Assembly: GCF_000756305.1 (NCBI RefSeq)
Contig: NZ_JRFE01000017.1
Span: forward strand, 205,434-245,433
Origin: Myxosarcina sp. GI1
GTDB lineage: Bacteria > Cyanobacteriota > Cyanobacteriia > Cyanobacteriales > Xenococcaceae
Reading direction: 5' to 3'
DNA: 40,000 bases
The notes under the pieces were generated by a model, which was not told the origin of the DNA, did not search any database, and saw only the letters and a list, made by a program, of their open reading frames with translations. A program made the position numbers and the translations under genes. Within the stretch, counting starts at the first letter, position 1. Each line of letters starts with the position of its first letter. This document shows, piece after piece, positions 37,860 to 40,000 of the stretch.

Positions 37860-38222
37860 TTAAGCTGACAGTAAAGTTAGTAAAACACTAAACAGAGCAA
37901 TTACGGCAACTATTACCAAAGCACGATGGCGAGCGCACCAGTTTTTAAACGATTGCCAACTACTTATAGCTGGAGGCGCGGTTTCTTCAACTATAGGCAA
38001 AGAGCGATCGCGAAACAAAGTACAGGTTTTGGCGTTGGGGCGTTGGGGAAAATTACAGGTATCGTCATGATGATAGACGCAGCGATCGCATAAAAACTCG
38101 GTTTCTGTAGCTCGGTGCAGGGGAATCCCTGGATGTCCGAAAGCTTTAAGCCGTTCGTGACAGTGAGGGCATTCTATTGCTTGAGAATCAATAGCGCGAT
38201 CGCAGCGAGGACAGTGAGCCAT
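37860..38222 (-). CDS. zinc-ribbon protein with a C-terminal TM anchor (hypothetical)
   Basis: 120 aa. CPRC...CPHC at the N-terminus, a second Cys/His cluster (CDRC..HHDDTC), and a C-terminal hydrophobic helix ALVIVAVIALFSVLLTLL. Confidence 0.55.
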   Translation of the reverse strand: MAHCPRCDRAIDSQAIECPHCHERLKAFGHPGIPLHRATETEFLCDRCVYHHDDTCNFPQRPNAKTCTLFRDRSLPIVEETAPPAISSWQSFKNWCARHRALVIVAVIALFSVLLTLLSA

Positions 38223-38235
38223 AAAACAACCAAAG

Positions 38236-38559
38236 CTACTTTTCTATGTCTAAACGGGAAAATTTGCGGATTTGAAATTCTTTGCTTTCTATCATTTTAT
38301 ACTTAGTTTTTCCCATAGCCTGGATAAATTCACGTTCCGTAGCTGCCAGAAAATCCATAGGAATAGATTTCCACTGTTGGCGACTTTGCCAGCGAATTAC
38401 AAAAATAACTTCACTGGCTTTACTCGGATCGAGCCAAACTTCTTTGCCGATAAAACCAGAACGACTTTTTAGTGCTGCCGTCCAAATTGCTTCATCTTGC
38501 TGAATAAATTTTTCTCTGGCATCTGATGCTACTCTAAACTTAAGCCATTCAATAACCAT
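38236..38559 (-). CDS. small cyanobacterial conserved protein (TIGR03792-like, possibly ABM/dimeric alpha-beta barrel fold)
   Basis: 107 aa. MVIEWLKFRV....RE.FIQ.DE.IWT..L....GF.GKEVW is as I recall for this family. Recall only, not searched. Confidence 0.45.
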   Translation of the reverse strand: MVIEWLKFRVASDAREKFIQQDEAIWTAALKSRSGFIGKEVWLDPSKASEVIFVIRWQSRQQWKSIPMDFLAATEREFIQAMGKTKYKMIESKEFQIRKFSRLDIEK

Positions 38560-38726
38560 ATAAATAAAAAATTGATAATAATATTTTTGTATGCTTAACC
38601 GTCAGTCACAGTAGGTAGAGAGTTGGTTCTCGAAATTGTTTTAAAAGCCTATGCCTAACAGACGTAGGTATGCTGTGACTATTCTTAGGTCGCAGTAACA
38701 TAGTAAATAAATTTGAGGAAATTAAT

Positions 38727-39050
38727 ATGGAAAATAACGATTGGTTGAAACAGCTATTGATGGTTGGTATTGGTACGACTTCTCTGGTTGCCGAAAAGAT
38801 TCGTGAAGTTAGCGAAGAATGGGTCAGAGATGGAAAAATTAACTCCGAGCAAGCCAAGTCTATGGTTGACGATTTGATGAGCCAATTTAGATCTGATTCT
38901 GGCGATATGCAGCAGCAAGCTGAAAGACAGGTCAAAAATATGTTACAGGATTTAGGCGTTCCTCGACAATCAGAATTAGACGAGTTGAGAGGCAGAATAG
39001 ATCGCCTCGAACGCCAGATCAGAAATTTGGAAAATAAAAGCTGGCGTTAG
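38727..39050 (+). CDS. phasin-like / PHA-granule-associated-like coiled-coil protein
   Basis: 107 aa. LLMVGIGTTSLVAEKIREVSEEWVRDGKI... followed by ELDELRGRIDRLERQIRNLE, a common pattern in COG3937-type proteins. Confidence 0.5.
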   Translation: MENNDWLKQLLMVGIGTTSLVAEKIREVSEEWVRDGKINSEQAKSMVDDLMSQFRSDSGDMQQQAERQVKNMLQDLGVPRQSELDELRGRIDRLERQIRNLENKSWR

Positions 39051-39055
39051 CTAAC

Positions 39056-39084
39056 AGTACTCCGTCTTTTCAAAGCGGAGTACT
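39056..39084 (+). terminator. candidate intrinsic terminator after the phasin-like gene
   Basis: AGTACTCCG (39056-39064) pairs with CGGAGTACT (39076-39084) across an 11-nt loop. The trailing T-tract (ATTTA) is weak. Confidence 0.45.
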
Positions 39085-39377
39085 ATTTACCTCATTAAAT
39101 ATCGAGCGATCGCACTTGTATTAAGACAGTTCACTAGAGCGGATTTTGGAAAGCACCGTTTTTTATAAAGTGGCGGTTTAATTATAAAACTCTGTTTTGC
39201 CGCTCGATCTATGACTCGAACATAGTATAAACAAACTATTATTCTTTAAAGTCTGATTTGCCTCAGACATAACTAACGTACCGACATTCAAAAAGCGATC
39301 GGCTAATATGAAATTGTAATTTTTATTTTATTTTGCCAGTTGTTTGTCAATCCTTAACTGACCTATATAACTTATTT

Positions 39378-39770
39378 GTGATTACTCTAACTTTATTGCA
39401 TCCCCTTCAAGAAGTACCAGTTCAAAGCTGGACTTTTAAAAATGAATCTACTATTCGGGTCGGACGTGCTTCCGATAATGAAGTTGTACTTTATAGTGCT
39501 GTAGTATCGCGCTATCATCTGGAGTTTAAGAAAACCGAACAAAGTTGGGAAGCAATTAATTTAGGAGCAAATGGTACCTATGTTAACGGAAAAAGTATCA
39601 CTATAGTTTCACTAGTTGACGGCATGACTTTACGTCTGGCAAATTCAGGTCCAAAAATTCTGGTTAAAATTGACTCGGAGTTTTTACGACAAAATGCAGA
39701 AGACAGTTTTGCTCGCAAAGCTTTTAAAGAACAAATTTTAAAGCGTTCCAGGGATACTTTAATCAACTAG
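39378..39770 (+). CDS. FHA-domain protein
   Basis: IRVGRASDNEVVLYSAVVSRYHLEF......NGTYVNG is a classic FHA core. I prefer the GTG at 39378 (V/MITLTLLHPLQ) to the listed TTG at 39333. Confidence 0.7.
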   Translation: MITLTLLHPLQEVPVQSWTFKNESTIRVGRASDNEVVLYSAVVSRYHLEFKKTEQSWEAINLGANGTYVNGKSITIVSLVDGMTLRLANSGPKILVKIDSEFLRQNAEDSFARKAFKEQILKRSRDTLIN

Positions 39771-40000
39771 AAATATTGGCTACTTCGCTAATAATTTTCT
39801 CAATTTGTTGGGAATTTATTGGCTGTTCTGGTAGGTGCGTTTTCAACCAGAGTAAATACTCGATATTTCCCGCAGGACCTCGAAGGGGAGAGGGAATTAG
39901 CCCTTGGTATTGCCAGCCTAGATCGCGGGCGACTTGCCAAACTCGATAAATTGCCTCGGCTCGATGTTGGGGGTTGCGAATTACGCCATTTTTACCAACC
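39763..40000 (-). CDS. tlyA: TlyA-type rRNA 2'-O-methyltransferase, C-terminal part (5' end beyond the window)
   Basis: My own minus-strand translation gives ...VIRNPQHRAEAIYRVWQVARDLGWQYQGLIPSPLRGPAGNIEYLLWLKTH...ANISS, with stop codon TGA at 39763-39765. SP..GPAGNIEYL is characteristic of the TlyA C-terminus. It is absent from the ORF track because no start lies inside the window. Confidence 0.6.
   Translation of the reverse strand, partial: VGKNGVIRNPQHRAEAIYRVWQVARDLGWQYQGLIPSPLRGPAGNIEYLLWLKTHLPEQPINSQQIEKIISEVANISS

Noticed and set aside
38606-38935. 109-aa minus-strand ORF opposite the phasin-like gene
   Set aside because: It is an antisense shadow of the better-supported plus-strand ORF. 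Its Ser/Leu/Cys-rich composition is typical of non-coding frames.

Overview
Cyanobacterial chromosomal DNA: the HIP1 octamer GCGATCGC occurs about fifty times by my manual count, and psaK, an nblS/hik33-like kinase and many heptamer tandem repeats are present. No tools or database searches were available, so all calls rest on motifs read in the supplied translations and on recall of characterised homologues. Most of the window is housekeeping: GH57 glycosidase, aroE, sucrose synthase, argF, psaK, trpF, purD, nblS-like kinase, and a partial tlyA at the right edge. The most interesting locus is a minus-strand, co-directional five-gene array at 5475-11755. It holds the mycosporine-like amino acid core mysA (DDGS), mysB (O-methyltransferase) and mysC (ATP-grasp). 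These are followed not by the usual mysD or mysE but by a second, COMT-type O-methyltransferase and a Na+/solute symporter, which suggests an undescribed tailoring and transport variant of the pathway. Other notable items: (1) a 541-aa protein made of fourteen complete 31-aa repeats, plus partial copies at each end, that combine a DxDxDG calcium-loop-like motif with a YD/Rhs-like motif; (2) a RAYT (REP-associated tyrosine transposase) gene flanked by directly repeated ~150-bp REP hairpin doublets; (3) heptanucleotide (STRR-like) tandem repeats in many spacers; (4) a frameshifted conserved hypothetical gene; (5) a decayed orphan mazE-like antitoxin remnant; (6) an ~0.9-kb AT-rich non-coding region upstream of mysA. 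I found no rRNA, tRNA or CRISPR array.
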